Shown piece after piece: positions 20,378-34,494 of a stretch of DNA of 64,000 nt (the stretch's first letter is position 1; every line of letters starts with the position of its first letter). Below the pieces are notes generated by a model. That model saw only the letters and a program-made list of their open reading frames with translations. It did not search any database and was not told where the DNA came from. Source of the stretch: Iphione sp. A-MEVVRFRX5 (taxonomy: Eukaryota); contig OZ320316.1 of the NCBI GenBank assembly GCA_976226885.1, positions 87,792,001 to 87,856,000 on the forward strand. The letters are read 5' to 3'. Both the position numbers and the translations under genes were made by a program.

Positions 20378-20545
20378 GCAAAACCTTCCTATTGCAACAC
20401 TGCTGGGTACCTAATGATTATGTCCGTAATCGGGGAAAGTACTGGAATACTGAGAGATTTTACATTGAAATATTGTTAGTCTCATTTTGTCCAACATATT
20501 AATTTTGTTTGGAATAGTAAGGGTGCTGGAATACTGAGGTGTGTC
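20378..20545. mobile_element. Degenerate copy of the 15156 element family
   Basis: aaaccttcctattgcaacactgctgggtacc resembles 15160-15190 (aaaccctcgctattgcaccacttcttggttcc); ggaatagtaagggtgctggaatactgaggtg (about 20512) resembles 15746-15776. The termini are eroded. Confidence 0.5.
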
Positions 20546-23069
20546 AATAGCAAAGATTTGCTGTATATCATACCATATCTCAGATGCTTCTTATCAAGCT
20601 AATGCACTGCGCATTAAATATTCGCCAGTTTTACTTATACAAGTGTGAGGATAGGAGGGAGGCTTTTTTAGCACACTGAAGAAAGTAAATTTTATACCAA
20701 TCGTTTAACTACAGTCCGCTAGATGGAAGCTCTATATTCACTTCATTTAGTACAATGTAGCAAGTGTTGGTACCAACAAAATAAGCCTTAGCTTCTCACT
20801 TAGCATTTCGGAGTACGTACCTAAGGTGGCTCCATACAGACCATTAAGAAGGCCTGTCTTCAAAGGTCTAGAGATCATATTAAGAAAAGTTAAGAAGGTC
20901 CAAACACATGTGATATTTTGAAAGCCAAAAACTCGCTAAGATTACTGAGACAACGCAATCTCTTGAAGGTCCTCTCACAGTTTTAAAGACACAGAAATAA
21001 ATAATAATAGATGGGTTAAGGTACTTCACCCAATTGTAGAGGGACCACACTGATAATCTGGGTGATGCTCTGTTTGCTTAACAATAGAAAATGCATGTCC
21101 ATTACCATCAAAATTATCAAAAAGGAAAAGAAAGCCGTAGGCCTTTTTTGCATGTGTATGATGTTCACAGAAACAGTGTTTGTGGGACAGCAATGTCCAG
21201 GATGGGTCGTAACACAAACAGATGCATAAACAAATAGATTTCAACAACTCTCATTCAACCTAAAACATCCGAAAATCATGTCCTGCAACCTCCTCTCAAA
21301 ATAGCACCAAACAGAACATTTACCGTAAAAGAGAACATATACATGTAACAGGGGCCTTAAGTACGTGATATTTGCAACATGAAATGGGTGAAACTAGGAT
21401 GCATGGCTTTAACCATTAATGTCTTCTCAGGAAATGAACTGGCGACTCCTAGAGGTCAACATGGTCATCTTGAGGTGGGGCATCAGGCCTAGTTGTCAAT
21501 CATCTTCTAGTCCCCTGTAAGGGTGTTTCTCCATTGTTAATACACGATGGAACCCAGGTGGAGGGCATAGCTCATGAGGAGATGGCGAGAGACAGCTATA
21601 GGATACACCAAGTGTCACTATGCAGATGTTGTTCTAAGTCTGTATATCCACGAAAGGGGTCAAGTATAATAACAGTATTTGAATAGTGAGTACATGTATT
21701 TTGAAATTGCACGTGACATACCAAACAACGTGGTAAATAACTCCAATTGCTGTATGGTAACTGTGACATTAAAATCGCTTTTCCTATCGCTTTGTCATCG
21801 GAATGAGCATATCTGCATTTAATTTTGAACATATATGACAGGGACAGCTGTACTTGTACCTATCCGGACTGGTCGCAGGATGAGAGTACACTGTATACTA
21901 TTTATATAGCTCATATGTGTAATCATTTTCAATGGACTCAATGCACCTATATTACAACGTCTCTGACGCTATCACATTTAGTCAACGAAATTATTATCAT
22001 GATATTATGGATCTCTGCGAAGCCCGTGGTGTTTTCAAGAGAAACATTTGTTTTCATACATATTTTAGCGATGTTCAAAGAGGTCAATCCTATTACCTAT
22101 CTCGTGCGTTTTGTCCGCCAGAATTCCAGCAGTGCCTCATTTCCCGGTGTTCCCGTCCTGTAGAACTATATCCACATCATAAATAGGGTACTGAGCTCCT
22201 ATAAACTGCCTCTTTAGGTGAAGGCACTCGGCGGCATTGATGGGCATGGCTGCAGGTGACAGGCAGCCGCCTCAGACAATCTCCTAATTATGTATCTGAC
22301 GGCATGGTGTTTATTGATAAGCAAAGACCATCAACCTAATAATTCTTCTCGTTAGAAGGTCTCAAGTCATGCCCAGCCGATTAAACCTGTTGACGCCAGT
22401 GTCTACACTCATGACGTGACTCGGATTCTTCATGTGAGTTGAGACTCAAGCTTGCTCTGGAAGAGGTAGTAGCATTATCCGGGCTGGTAAAATGGCACTC
22501 CTCCGATGGAACCTTTCTCTCGATATGTTGAGAATAAACTGATTCAAGGTTTCCTGAAATAACTCCAAAGACGCTAACCAACGAGTTTGAAAGTGTTTTC
22601 CTGGTTGCATTTTTTGTGGAAATTGCAGTCAAAAGAGAAACGTTTGCTATCGACGCCGTTATCCACCAGGTGGCTCTAGTTGCTCAAAGCACTCCATCTT
22701 GAACGCCAGTCACAAGAGAGCCAGACAAATTAACAATTGGAAGGTGGTTACGGTAGTGCTTTCATTAGTAAGGACATGCTTACATATAACATGCAATTAA
22801 CCCTTCAGAATTAACTTTTTTCTTTCTTTGCATTACTGAGGACCTTTGTCGGAACAATTCCCTAAAACCTTCTACATGTACTTGGTTAGACGAAATATGC
22901 ACTAACGTGGCTAGAGCCGTGTATATTCATGCTCCTTTATTAAAGTTATCTTCAATAATTGAATCGAATTGTTTACTCTTCACAAACATCCAAAATAGGG
23001 GAGCGTTCATAACAACCGTACTTACAGCATTATAACATTTAATGTAGTTACATGTATATAACATATGAT

Positions 23070-23335
23070 ATCAATTGATTGTTACCAGCCAGATTTCCTG
23101 ATCGGTTGTATCCGGACATCCATCAATATTGATTCACTCCCATGGGAGTATTTTCCGAAGGTAGGACAGGAGGAAATTAAGTTAAAACGTTGACTAAATT
23201 TCTCATAAGAAAAAATGGCATCCATTTTTTCTTCAGAAATGTCATTGTTCAAGCGGTCCAGTGCAGATACGAATTTGGATAGCTGGTGCAAGGGCTTTTG
23301 TCCCTAAAATTGTCGCGACCATTTATATGTGACTT
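23070..23335 (-). pseudogene. Decayed non-LTR retrotransposon (CR1/L2/Jockey-like) reverse transcriptase fragment
   Basis: Across frameshifts: FRDKSPC(T)-QL..FV..L...N....MDAIF....FSQRFNLIS, then LRKI and GV....WMSGY.R. This follows the order of the RT consensus GFRxxRSCxTQL...DAIFLDFSKAFDxV...KL...GI...WIxSYL..R. Judged by eye only. Confidence 0.4.
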
Positions 23336-25033
23336 GACTTTTTTAATCCGAGAGGCAGAATATCGGTATCATATATATTTTAACAGTGTTAACAATGATA
23401 GTTATAATTATAACTATATTTGCAATTACACACACCCATGTAACAGTGATATACAACCTATTCAGCATTATAGTAAAATTATTCACTATTAAGATACCCC
23501 GTCTATACAACTATTGGAGTACTAGTTGTAGGAAGATATGTATTTACCTGAATTACTTAACCTTACCAGATCCAGGAATACATGATCCACTGTTATCCTA
23601 CTGGACTAGAGTACTGTAACGTGGTAAAGAAAATCTGTAAAAACTGCTGCATTATTCCGTTTAATTATATACTTGCCTACAATACTGCGTATGAACATTC
23701 TCTGTACATATGTTATTTGTTAAAAGCCCTGGCGACTTTTCGCAGGTAAAATAAATTAATTTAAAAAATAAGAACCACATAAATATCTATAGATTAAATG
23801 TTTGACTCACAGATGTGGTTGTCCATGATGGATCCAAATGTTTGACCTCGTGTTGGCGGATTAAATGAAATTCGATATGCATAGGTTGACGTATTTAATT
23901 AAAAAATATGATACACGGTCCACGAGTTAATCATTTTATAAACAATGTGAAGAGAAATAACACAGTTTAGCTGTTAAAACGCTAACATCGAGGAAAATAC
24001 CTTCGTCAATACCAGTATCGCTTTCAAATATATCCTTAACTTATACATCGTATGGTATCAAATTGTGTAGGTTTTATAGATTCTTCGCCGATAGAGAGCG
24101 CTCCATGGATTTCCCTGGGCAGGGATGTCTTTTCGCTGATGGGCCGCAAATGGGGTGGAACACCATCTACCTCGCGTGATAAGGGCCATGATGGGAATTC
24201 ACTGTTCTCACTTTAACCTTTCGCCCCTCTCCCGCTTCGAACTATGCGTAGAGTGACTTCACGTTGAAACGCTCTGTAGTCACCTCTGCTGTGCGTTGTA
24301 TTATAATAACCTGCTTGTATGAAGTGGCTTTATAGCTCCCTCTGGTGTTGCAACTCACCGTATTAGAGGTTCCCTGGAATAAAGGAGCAGTCTATACGTT
24401 GACCTTTTAGCTTTTAGATAGTATCCATCTAGTAGCACTGCACGTTTCGCCGAAAGCAGCTACACTAAGGCCGTAATTTGGAAGGCATCACCTACATGCG
24501 AAAACTGCCATAGAAACTGATAAATGGCTTAATTTCATCCACATATACACGTTTGTACACAATACTCTTTTTTGGAATAACCCAATGTAGACATTCTTTC
24601 GGTTTGAATGAGAAGAGACAATTGATTACAAGAAACATATTGCAGTCACATAAAAAGGGCCTTACTTTGGAACTACTGGTGTAACAAAGTACCGGTACAA
24701 CTCAGAACTACTCGAGGTCCAGTTTAATTGAGCTTATTTCAGGAACACTTGAAAATAAGCACAAATTTGAAGTAGACGAAAGCTGGCATCAACTCTTTTA
24801 TAGCAAGATGTAATTGACATCATTTGCACTTGAAACTTTTGATTCAGGCATGGTATAATCTTTAAATTGACTCATGACCCTAGAATCGATTGTCTATTAC
24901 TCTATCACTATCTTGATATACTTCTTGTTGGTACCTTTATATGCTTGTCAGCCAATTCAACTGATGCTGCTTTGTTGCTTGCTCATTGCCTTGGTATATT
25001 GAACTGTGCTGAGCTACTGTGTAACCCCACATA

Positions 25034-25646
25034 CAGTCCACTCCCTGCCTGCGGACGCGTCTCGGAAGCGGACACGCCTCAATGCTGACGATTTGAGGCA
25101 GAACGAAATTATTTCCTATAGTTAAGCATTATTAGCCAACGTCTCCAATGCGGACGGCAGAATTTAGGGGACGCCTCCCTGCGGACGGGTCTCCCAGACC
25201 CCCTGATGCCCTCAAAGAGTAGAATTTTACACCTCTGTATATGGTTTCGCGCGAATTTGGGGCCCCAGGGAGGCTCCAGAAGTCCTTTTTCAAAGGAAGA
25301 TATGAATAACCCCAGTGGACGAGGTGTTGTCATGCAAATTCACACCTTGAAATGCGAATTCACACTGTAGCTCACACCTGTTTTAGTCATCAAATTCAGC
25401 ACTTTTTGGACTTTAAGTCATCAAATTCAGCACTTTTTGGACTTTTAGTCATCAAATTCAGCACTTTTGGGACGTTTAGTCATCAAATTCAGCACTTTTG
25501 GGACTTTAAGTCATCAATTCAGCATTTCTATTAATGTTTAGAGAGAGAGGTAGAAGGTCCCAGGTCCGATCTCCAATGCGGACGCGTCTCAAATGCAGAC
25601 GGTTTGGGGGAGAACCAAGGGTGTCCGGAATCGAGGGAGTCTACTG
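25034..25646. mobile_element. pogo/Tigger-like non-autonomous element A (about 610 bp) with an internal 31-bp array
   Basis: ta|CAGTCCACTCCCTG ... GAGGGAGTCTACTG|ca (11/14 inverted match); subterminal gcggacgcgtctc / ctccaatgcggac repeats at both ends. Confidence 0.65.
25385..25527. repeat. 31-bp minisatellite, about 4.5 units
   Basis: agtcatcaaattcagcactttttggacttta starting at 25385, 25416, 25447, 25478 and 25509. Confidence 0.9.
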
Positions 25647-25869
25647 CACTTACAGATAGCAGCTGGCTGATCATGCCATACATGTTGACATTACCACTTA
25701 TATCTGTGCACTTTACAATAAACAAGCATTCCCTTACTTATCTTGTTATTACATTATCTTTTTACGATAACAACCGCTTAATAACTGACTATGTGACAAT
25801 GTATAATTTCCTGATGAAAATTAGACCATGGTATATTCTGTGAACTGCGGATTTGAATTGAATTGAATC

Positions 25870-26395
25870 ATGTGCACTCGGGGACACGTCTGGGATGCGG
25901 ACGTGTCCAAAATGTGGACAATTTGAAAAAGAACCGAAATGTTTCCTGTAGTTAACCAATATAAAGGGACAGCTAATTTCCCAGAGCGTCTACCTGTGGA
26001 CAGCCTTTGTACGTGTTTTCGCGCGATCTTTTTTTAAAATGAAAATCCTCCCAGACCTCTAACACCCTCAAAGGGCAGAGTTTCAAGCCTCTGTACGTCT
26101 TTTCATGCAAACGGCAACTTTTCTCATGTACCTCATACCCTGGAGGGCCTAGTCAGGAGAGGCCAGCTCATCAAATTTGGCATTTTTTACCCTTACTCAT
26201 TAAATTCAGTACTTTTAGGACTCTTACTCATCAAATTCAGCACTTTTAGGACTCATACTCATCAAATTCAGTACCTTTAGGAATTTAACTCATACACATC
26301 CCATATACTACTCAGCGATCTATAATCAGGACACTTCTGAAATGTGGACAATTTGGAGAAGAATGAAGGGTGTCTGGAATCGGGACGTTCAACTG
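25870..26395. mobile_element. Diverged second copy (B) of element A, same orientation, left end eroded
   Basis: Collinear similarity to A (gcggacgtgtcc, cctgtagttaa, ccctcaaagggcagag, 31-bp actcatcaaattcagcacttttagg array at about 26170-26290). The right end gggtgtctggaatcgggacgttcaactg|ta is followed by TA. Confidence 0.6.
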
Positions 26396-27975
26396 TAGTA
26401 GTCATCGTTGGGTACAATTACGATTCTTCAACCAGACGCAGGTACAAAACAGTAAGCTTCCATGATGTCTCATCATGATATAAATGGGGTTGTATTTGCA
26501 TACAAAGAAATTATACTTGTTCCTGTGACGAACTCATACTTCGTGCTAAACACGGCTGGAGTGTAGGCATCGAAATGGAATATTTAACAAAAAGCGCATG
26601 TGCATTCATTAGACTAGGCATCCTACCGATTCCTTCTATCTCAGATTTTGAGCTATATTTAGCCGTCATCTCCAGTCAAAGATATGGAAGCCACAGCTGT
26701 AATTTTAAAGAACCATGATGTCCCTCCAAAGGTGCAGGACAAAGTTCGAAAAAGTACGCATATCATGTACACGTTTTCTTGCAGCAAAACTGGGTCTAGT
26801 GAGATAAATATCTATATCATGTCACAAGAGGATCGTCAATGTCATTTCGCTGGCAGGAAATAGAGCACTTACTGTGCGATATTGCACCAGACGAGGTCCG
26901 CTTTCGTGATAAAGTGGTATGTTCGATTGAGTAGACGAACCAGCGTCGTGACCAACATCTTCCGCTGGGCAGTCATTGGTCAGACAAGGCGCTCTTGGCC
27001 CTATACTTGGCATAAATCAAATATAACCATTCAGATCTGACGAGAGCATACATGGCTAGCACGCCTGTCAAGCCAAATGATCTCACTGACATTCTACGGT
27101 ATACATGTACATAGCCGAACGTAACACTGCATTTCTCATGTGAAGAATGTGGTACGCTCTCTTAAAACTGACCTATAATATAGTTTTCCCCGGCAGCTTA
27201 AACTCTGAGAACAAATTTGACCCATATTTTTCGCAACAGCTATTTTATGTTTTCTGTTTCGGAATATTACTAAAAACAACTGAAATTGTTTGCAAATATG
27301 CGAGGGATTCATCAATTAGGTCCTCTCCGAAGTTCATAGAAGAAATGTAAACGTACTGCTGCTGATAATGGGTGTAGCTGTCAATAAAAGGCTTGCAGAA
27401 ATGAACTGCGATTAAGACATACCGATGGAATTATACCACTAGAAGCATTTTATATGTACACGTTGTCCCTAACGGCAAATGCTCCGTGACTACGGGTACA
27501 TAGACTTTTGAGATCTCAGATTTGAGAGACTTTATTTTAACTGTTCTTTTCACGTGCGTCTGATCACAACGCAAACATGTCCGTTTGCATTTCACCTACC
27601 CACCCAGGACTGTCTGTAACGCAAATGGATGCATTACCAATATATTTCTCTAGTGTCTTCCTAAACCTAAACAGATGGGATTCAGATGAAAGCCAATGTG
27701 TACATGTAAAACCCGCCTTAGGCCCAGTTTCCATATATTCAGACTTTGTATCCACACTACGGATATGTGTGTCCTGAAAAAATGACTGTTTCCATATGTC
27801 TGTGTCCATTGTCTGTGGTCCATGGTCCAGAGATTGAAAATGGACAAAATTGATTTTTTCTGCACCACGGATACCCACGGACCTGGTGTAGTAAGGTGGG
27901 TCTTTTCAGATGGATAGATACTGTCTATCACATGATAAATGGTATGAAATATTGTCTAATTTGAATATCGTTTGC

Positions 27976-28140
27976 AAAAACCACACAATTTCCACCGGTT
28001 TGCCTCAATCTCCACCGAAAAAACACACAGTTTCTACCGATATGCCTTAATCTCCATGAAAAAACACACAATTCCTACCGCTATGCCTCAGTCTCCACAA
28101 AAAATGCAGTTTCCACTGATTTGGCTCAATTTCCATGGAA
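27976..28140. repeat. About 41-bp minisatellite (about 4 units) inside the Harbinger-type element
   Basis: Units of the form aaaaaacacacaatttccaccgxtatgcctcaatctccaxx. Confidence 0.7.
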
Positions 28141-28144
28141 ACTG

Positions 28145-28160
28145 CACACACACACACACA
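28145..28160. repeat. (CA)8 microsatellite
   Basis: cacacacacacacaca directly after the 41-bp array. Confidence 0.85.
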
Positions 28161-31100
28161 CTCTTTCTCAATCTCTCTCCCTGCCTCCCTTCCTCTCTCA
28201 CCCTTGTACGTGGAAACTGGGCGTCTGTGCTTGTCCAGAAAATAGGCGGAATTTCCACATTGGCATGCAGTATGGAAAAAAAAACCTGTACATGTTATGG
28301 AAACCGGGCCTTACTTGACACTATTTTATCAATCGCATAAATCATGATAATACTTTAAATGGGTTATGTAAGCTCTGATTGCGTGTACAGACCCAATTCA
28401 TAAAGGCAGTTACCGGGTATCTATGTACATGTATGTGAACTTAAGATGTACTATGCCCCTTTATGCACATCATAGATAATACATGTACCACGTGTCTACG
28501 CGTTTCCTTTTGTATCGACGACCAGTGTCGGAGAGTGTGAGCAAACCGGTATATGCAGCTGGAATAATATGCGGCCACGCATACCAGTGCTGATTCAATT
28601 TTTCCATTACTGCAAATGAATTAGATTATAGGTGCACAGCACGCATGATTCTACTGAAGCTCGACAGAGGGATGGCAAGACGGCAACTGTTTCCCCTCTC
28701 TGTCTGTCCCACCGGGTAGATCATTGACGGGCTAAGTTTCCTATCAGCCGATCGGCTAAATGCAAACAGACGCCTACAGTAGGCACCACAATCCAGTCAC
28801 ATCTTCCCTTGCATCCCTGCATGAATTGTCCTCCTAAGGGAGGCAAAACACAGAACCAAATCGTATTCACGCAGAAGATTGGTGTCTCCTCGAAGGCCCT
28901 TTTTGCGTGTGATCTCTACTGACATTTCTGAAATTCTTGAATTACTACATTTGTGTCCTGTGACCGATGTGGACTGTGTCGCATGTGCCATGTCTACAGA
29001 TGAAGTGGCCAGCCCTGTCTCCCGTTTTTCATGACCGCTGTGGCCCGTGGCCAATGTGTTCAGTGCTCACTGTGTCTTTTGTCCATTATGTCCTATTACA
29101 TATGTGTTCTGTGTTGCTTGTGTCCTCTTGAGCAGAATATTTGTTGTGCCAATGTCCTTAAGAAGGAGCAGAATCTGTGAGTTGTGCCTCTTCCTTGTCC
29201 TCCAGTCGGTGTGTCCTCTTGATTTGGCCTCTAGCTAACCTCTGATAGAGGAGCTTTTCACTTTGACTGTTAGAGATGTATACGTACATGTATGTACATA
29301 TATGTATATGTAAAAGAAAATGTTGTAGAAATGTCTCTGGAAATGAGTAGAATCTGTGTAAATTGTGTCTTTTCCTCAAAGTCCCTGTTAGGTAAACCTC
29401 TCATCTCCACTGCTAAGGACCATGGATCTGTACACCAGGAAAAGGCAGAGAGACCTGTCTCAGCTTTGCTGTCGTCTGTAGCCAACCTTTCACACCTCTG
29501 GTACCCCTCTCCAGAGACAATGCAAATGTGCATATGCCTGACCATATTAGGGGTATTAATTTGTCGCTTTGGTTTCGTGTTAGGGATGTCCGTCCGCAGC
29601 GAACCTCTGAAACCTTTCATCTCAATTATCAGCGATGTATACATAAATATATCCCTGAAAATGAGGGAATCGTAAAATGGGCTTTTTGTGCAAATTTCTT
29701 CTAAAACAAACACACATCCACCAGGACAGGACTCTACTCTCACGGCTTGCACTCACACCCAAGCTCAATAAGAGGGCCCAGACACAGCTACTGGAAAACT
29801 GGACAGATCGGCGAGACACACAGGATGAACAAAGTGAAGTAGACCGAAAACGATGAGGAAAAGTGAAAAAAGGGACACAAATGATAGGGCACAATAATGG
29901 GGACTGGATGCATCATCCAAATCAACTAGCAACATCAGTCATATGACCAAATACATCAGCCAGGATACAAGTAGCAAGGGACACATCAGTATATTCTCTA
30001 ATTCTGGGACGACTAGAATGGATGATACCTCTCTCTTTTTTCTTGACGAAAGGAATTAACCTCCTGTATATTGAGGTTAATAGATTGGAGCCACAACAGA
30101 TAGCGCAGTCTACCGGGTCTGCAGTGTACAGAGCTGCCAATGAGACAATGAACTGATCTTTCCTCCACACTAGCATTAGTGGGCCACCTTTATTCCCCAA
30201 ACAGACTTCATTGTTTTTCCTATTATTGATTGTAAATTTGATAAAGTAACAAGGTCTATTACAGCTTGTCAATGTTTCTAGCCAAGAGGGTAATTCTTGG
30301 CCACCAGGACCCAAGATAGTCACTGGGGAATATTGAAACAACGGTTCTGTTACTTCATTCTACTTCGCTGACCGAATGGATTGATCAAACTCAACTTTGC
30401 GGATGCCGCTTCTGAAGGAGCTGAAACAATTAACCCAATACATGACCTACGTCGATCGTTAAGGCTTCAAAGTAGCACATATTGTGTACTAGATTGGTAT
30501 GTACCTGTATACAGCATTGTTTCCATTTAAGTGTGGTTCTTGACATGCCTGATCCAGGAAAGATACTGTGATTAGATCTGACTGGGTATTGCGTGACCGT
30601 TAACTGGGCTCTGTTCAGGAGCTATTCGCCAATTGCTCGTTGTCGGCCCTAGTGCAACTGGCCTTCGTGAAAACAGGAACAGCTCCGGAGCAACTTATTG
30701 TGTGTGACCAAAACTCATTCCAGTTCTGGAAGGCTTGATGTGGAATTTCCTCATCCACCTTCGTCAACCGCGATGGCACTGCTGTTCCCGAGCAAATAAT
30801 GACTTGTAACGAGAGACACACGAATGCGCGCGACATGCATGCAAATGGTATTTTATTTACTGTATGCGGCGAGCCAGTTGTTAATACATTTTAAATAACA
30901 AAAAATCCTTGCACTTTACTATAAATACTTATTCTTGGCATTAATGAAAAGCCAAAACTTGCCCAAGTGAAACTTCCTTACGGACTCGATTCGCTTATAT
31001 TCATTTTTTTTGTCTTGTTAAGTTATATACGTAATCATGTTATTCAGATGGATGCCCCACGAGTACGTAGGATTAACAAATAAACATTTGTATTGTCTCA

Positions 31101-34100
31101 ATGGGTCTAAGACAGAACCTACGGTTCACAGGTTTTAGCCGCGGTCCTTTTTACTATCCACCGACAATTTGTTGATTCCTTGATGAGCACAGTGCATACA
31201 TAACTCTCTAAAGCAGCTACTAGAGGATCCTGACTTCATGGTATGCAGTACGCATCTTGACACACTGGACCTTCGACCTCCCATTATAGTTTATACTCAC
31301 CAAATGAAGTATGTTGAAAATGTCGACATTTGAGAGGGAGTTGCCTGTAAATGTATATCAGATGGCCGAGTTGACGTTAATGGGGTGATTAGTACTCATA
31401 TAAATGTGCATAATGTAGTTAACATATGCAAACAGTTAAGTATCTATATAAAAGAGGATTAGCCATTTTAATTCGGGGTAGTTATCGCGAAATACAGTTT
31501 TAGTTGAACCAACGCATCATTTCAAAGTCATGAGCACTTGATATATCAATCATTTAATATCTCCCATCTATAACCATCATACTATCAATTATGCCGTGCT
31601 AAAACATTTAAATACGTCACGTATTGATCTTAGAGAAACGCAAGCACCATTTCCGGATTTCGCAGAAAATGGCCGAAGATAAATCAGTTGGGAGAAACCC
31701 ATTGACGAGAACATTTTATGCTCTCTGATGTAATGTAGTTTCTGGGCATGCTATTTGTTTAGCAAAAATCACCTACACTAAAACAATTGACCCGAGAGAG
31801 TTTCAGCTCTACTCGTGAACAACGCACTGATAAAAATAAGTAACAAATGACCTCTTAATTTATGGTAAAGCAATCAAGTGCAGGCACTTACGTTGTCATA
31901 GGGAGGGCCCCAAGCGTGGTTTCAGGGCAACGCCTACCAAAGCTATCTGTGATCTGTGAGATGCCTTTAGGAGTGTGTTCGGTCTAAGTGCCGCAGAATA
32001 TTGCCATTAGGCCCATTGGCCATAATGATAGCCAGCCAGGGGCGTATGAAACGTGTAGTTTGTGAAATATAGCCAGCTGCACTCGGGCCGATGCTAGGAG
32101 TTATTACTTCAGGAGGAGATTGATCCTGGGACGGTGTGTTAACACATTGGAGGCACAGCTCTGCCACAGCAAGGCACACTGGCGGCATCGTGGTCTCCCA
32201 AGGCGGCCAGATCTCAGGATATTCGAAGCCCGTGATACATAGCTCGTGATTAAGAGGGTTTCTTTTATGGTCCAAGAGCAAAAGCGGTTGATTGTAATAC
32301 AATTGGTATCAATTGAGCCCGTATTTCATCGATGAGTACGATAAAAACACTCTAATGTAATATGTGCAATTAAACTTGCAAGCATTTGGTGGACTGCATC
32401 CACTGTCTGGGTGTGTTCGGACAAACCTCCCATGCATGATAAATAGCCTGCACATTTTAGACTTTTATGGGTTTCACGTTGAGACGTAACTTCTTATGAA
32501 TGTCACATTGCTGGCACACCAGGCCTTAAACAGCGAGCGACTTACCCGTTCAATCAACAATCTTGAGGCGTGATGCAATTTGAAACTCATTTAAATAGGT
32601 TAATGAACGTATAACAGATTTACTCTCTGTATAAATGAAATCATTTTAAATATTGTACATTTGAATTTATTCAAGAAAAAACGACACCTTTTGGCAAACC
32701 GTAATACTATAACTATCAAGACTAATGCTTTTCGTGGATGCAGGCGGCTCAAATGCGATTAGCAAAATATTGTTCACTAGCTCACACAATGAGAGCGCAA
32801 CGAACAATCTCTCCACGATCTCTAGGAGCCGGCTACACTAACGCAGTTTTCTCCTCGCACAAGGAGCTCGAGTAGATGTACAGAGCTCTCGACAGTGCCA
32901 GCCAGCGTACGCATTCTGACAGGGCTACTGCCGTCCGGGAGACAAATGATAGTAAATTGGTCTTCATTGGGTCAGATTGGGGGTAGTAGCCAGCCGAAAT
33001 TACGCCACGTTCTGCTTTATAGACCTTATCGCAGTCTTAACAATAATGTTGGACCTCATCAGGACTAGGCATCGTCCAGGTTCACGTCAGGTCATTCTGA
33101 CATTCTGTAAGGATACACGTTGGCCTCTGGACAGAATATCTATGATGACTGCATGAGCTACAGAAGAACACAACACTAGAATGCGCTTATATTTTATTCA
33201 AATGTAAATGGACGATAAGCTTCGATGAATCCAGTGGCAAGTTTGAACGTCTATAGTGTTCAAGTCATATAAAAATAAAAGGTTACATACAAAACCTTCG
33301 TATCATTCAATTCACCCACATGCACTTCATAATTTAACGACTGAAGTGCAGTCAAACTTTAATGTGGCCCTTGTACAGTACATAAACGTTCTTTTCGACT
33401 GTTTCCAGTCGGATTCCAATCACTCCTCTTAAGATATAGTCCTTTGCAAGATAAAGTACACAGTGAGGGACGCAGACATATTTTCAGAGACCATGAAAGA
33501 AATTAACTGTAACTTTGTCTATTGCAGCTATTGGTAGAGGAGACGGTATGTCTATGAAGGAGTACTAGGTGTCATCGTTTGTTCTTGCTTTGCTACAAAC
33601 TGTAGAAGTAAACATGATAAAAATTAATTAATCCTAATCTACAGATAAATGGAAACCCACGGGGACAGAAGTCTTTTAGAGATGTCAATGAGAATGCAAT
33701 AACCTGCAACGGGGGTGTACTTAACGGGTCACTAATGATGGTACCGCGGTAAATATATGAACGCGACAATGAGGAAAATCGCCCACATATAACTTATAAA
33801 CTGTGAGTAGTATTCTAGCTATGGACTTTCAAACCTGCGCATAATAGGAAAATTCAGTTTGAGGGATTTTTAAATGAATAATATATCTTTTAAAAAGAGC
33901 GTTTCGGATCAGCCAACTGTACATCTGAAGCAAGGAATCTATTTGCCTGTATTAATCAAGGAGCAAATCGAATGGAATTCACATGGAAATTTAAACACCT
34001 CTTTATACCTATCTTACACATGGCAGTTCTACAGTTGTGCCTGACAACTGAAGCACAATATAACCAAGCAAGCCATTACGTTCCCTAGATGATAATAATT

Positions 34101-34494
34101 CTCCCAAAGAAAGGCTACCGAATAAAGACATAATCTGAAGAAACGATGGAGCCCATTTATTTGTGCTGAAATTGTATAACCATATTGATTTCTCCCTCGC
34201 CTTTCTTCCCCTGGCAATAAACAACACTGTCGTTCTCCAGCACAATGCTGAATAGGTCAACTGATCACGCTGACAACCACCAAACCCCGAAGGATTGATA
34301 ACACCGAACGCAATGGCCGTCTACTCCCACTTTCATCGACATGTTTGATATCGTTAATATCGCGTTGCATCACATGGATCACTGTCAACCGTAACGGTCG
34401 TCATACTGTCTTATTTCTTTTTTTTTGCAGTGAGTGATAAACCACAAAACCCCATTTTGTTCGACCGTAGAAGCCCTATTTACCATTCCCCATG

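Larger units (their letters stand above)
27721..28310. mobile_element. PIF/Harbinger-type non-autonomous element (590 bp)
   Basis: TIR GGCCCAGTTTCCATA / TATGGAAACCGGGCC (14/15) flanked by a TTA direct repeat (27718-20, 28311-13); a 3-bp TWA TSD is the PIF/Harbinger hallmark. Confidence 0.75.

Noticed and set aside
28797-30341. Cluster of 85-160 aa ORFs on both strands
   Set aside because: No domain motif or consistent splice signals; openness is explained by low-complexity CA/TG-rich composition. It may be an unrecognised repeat relic but cannot be supported.
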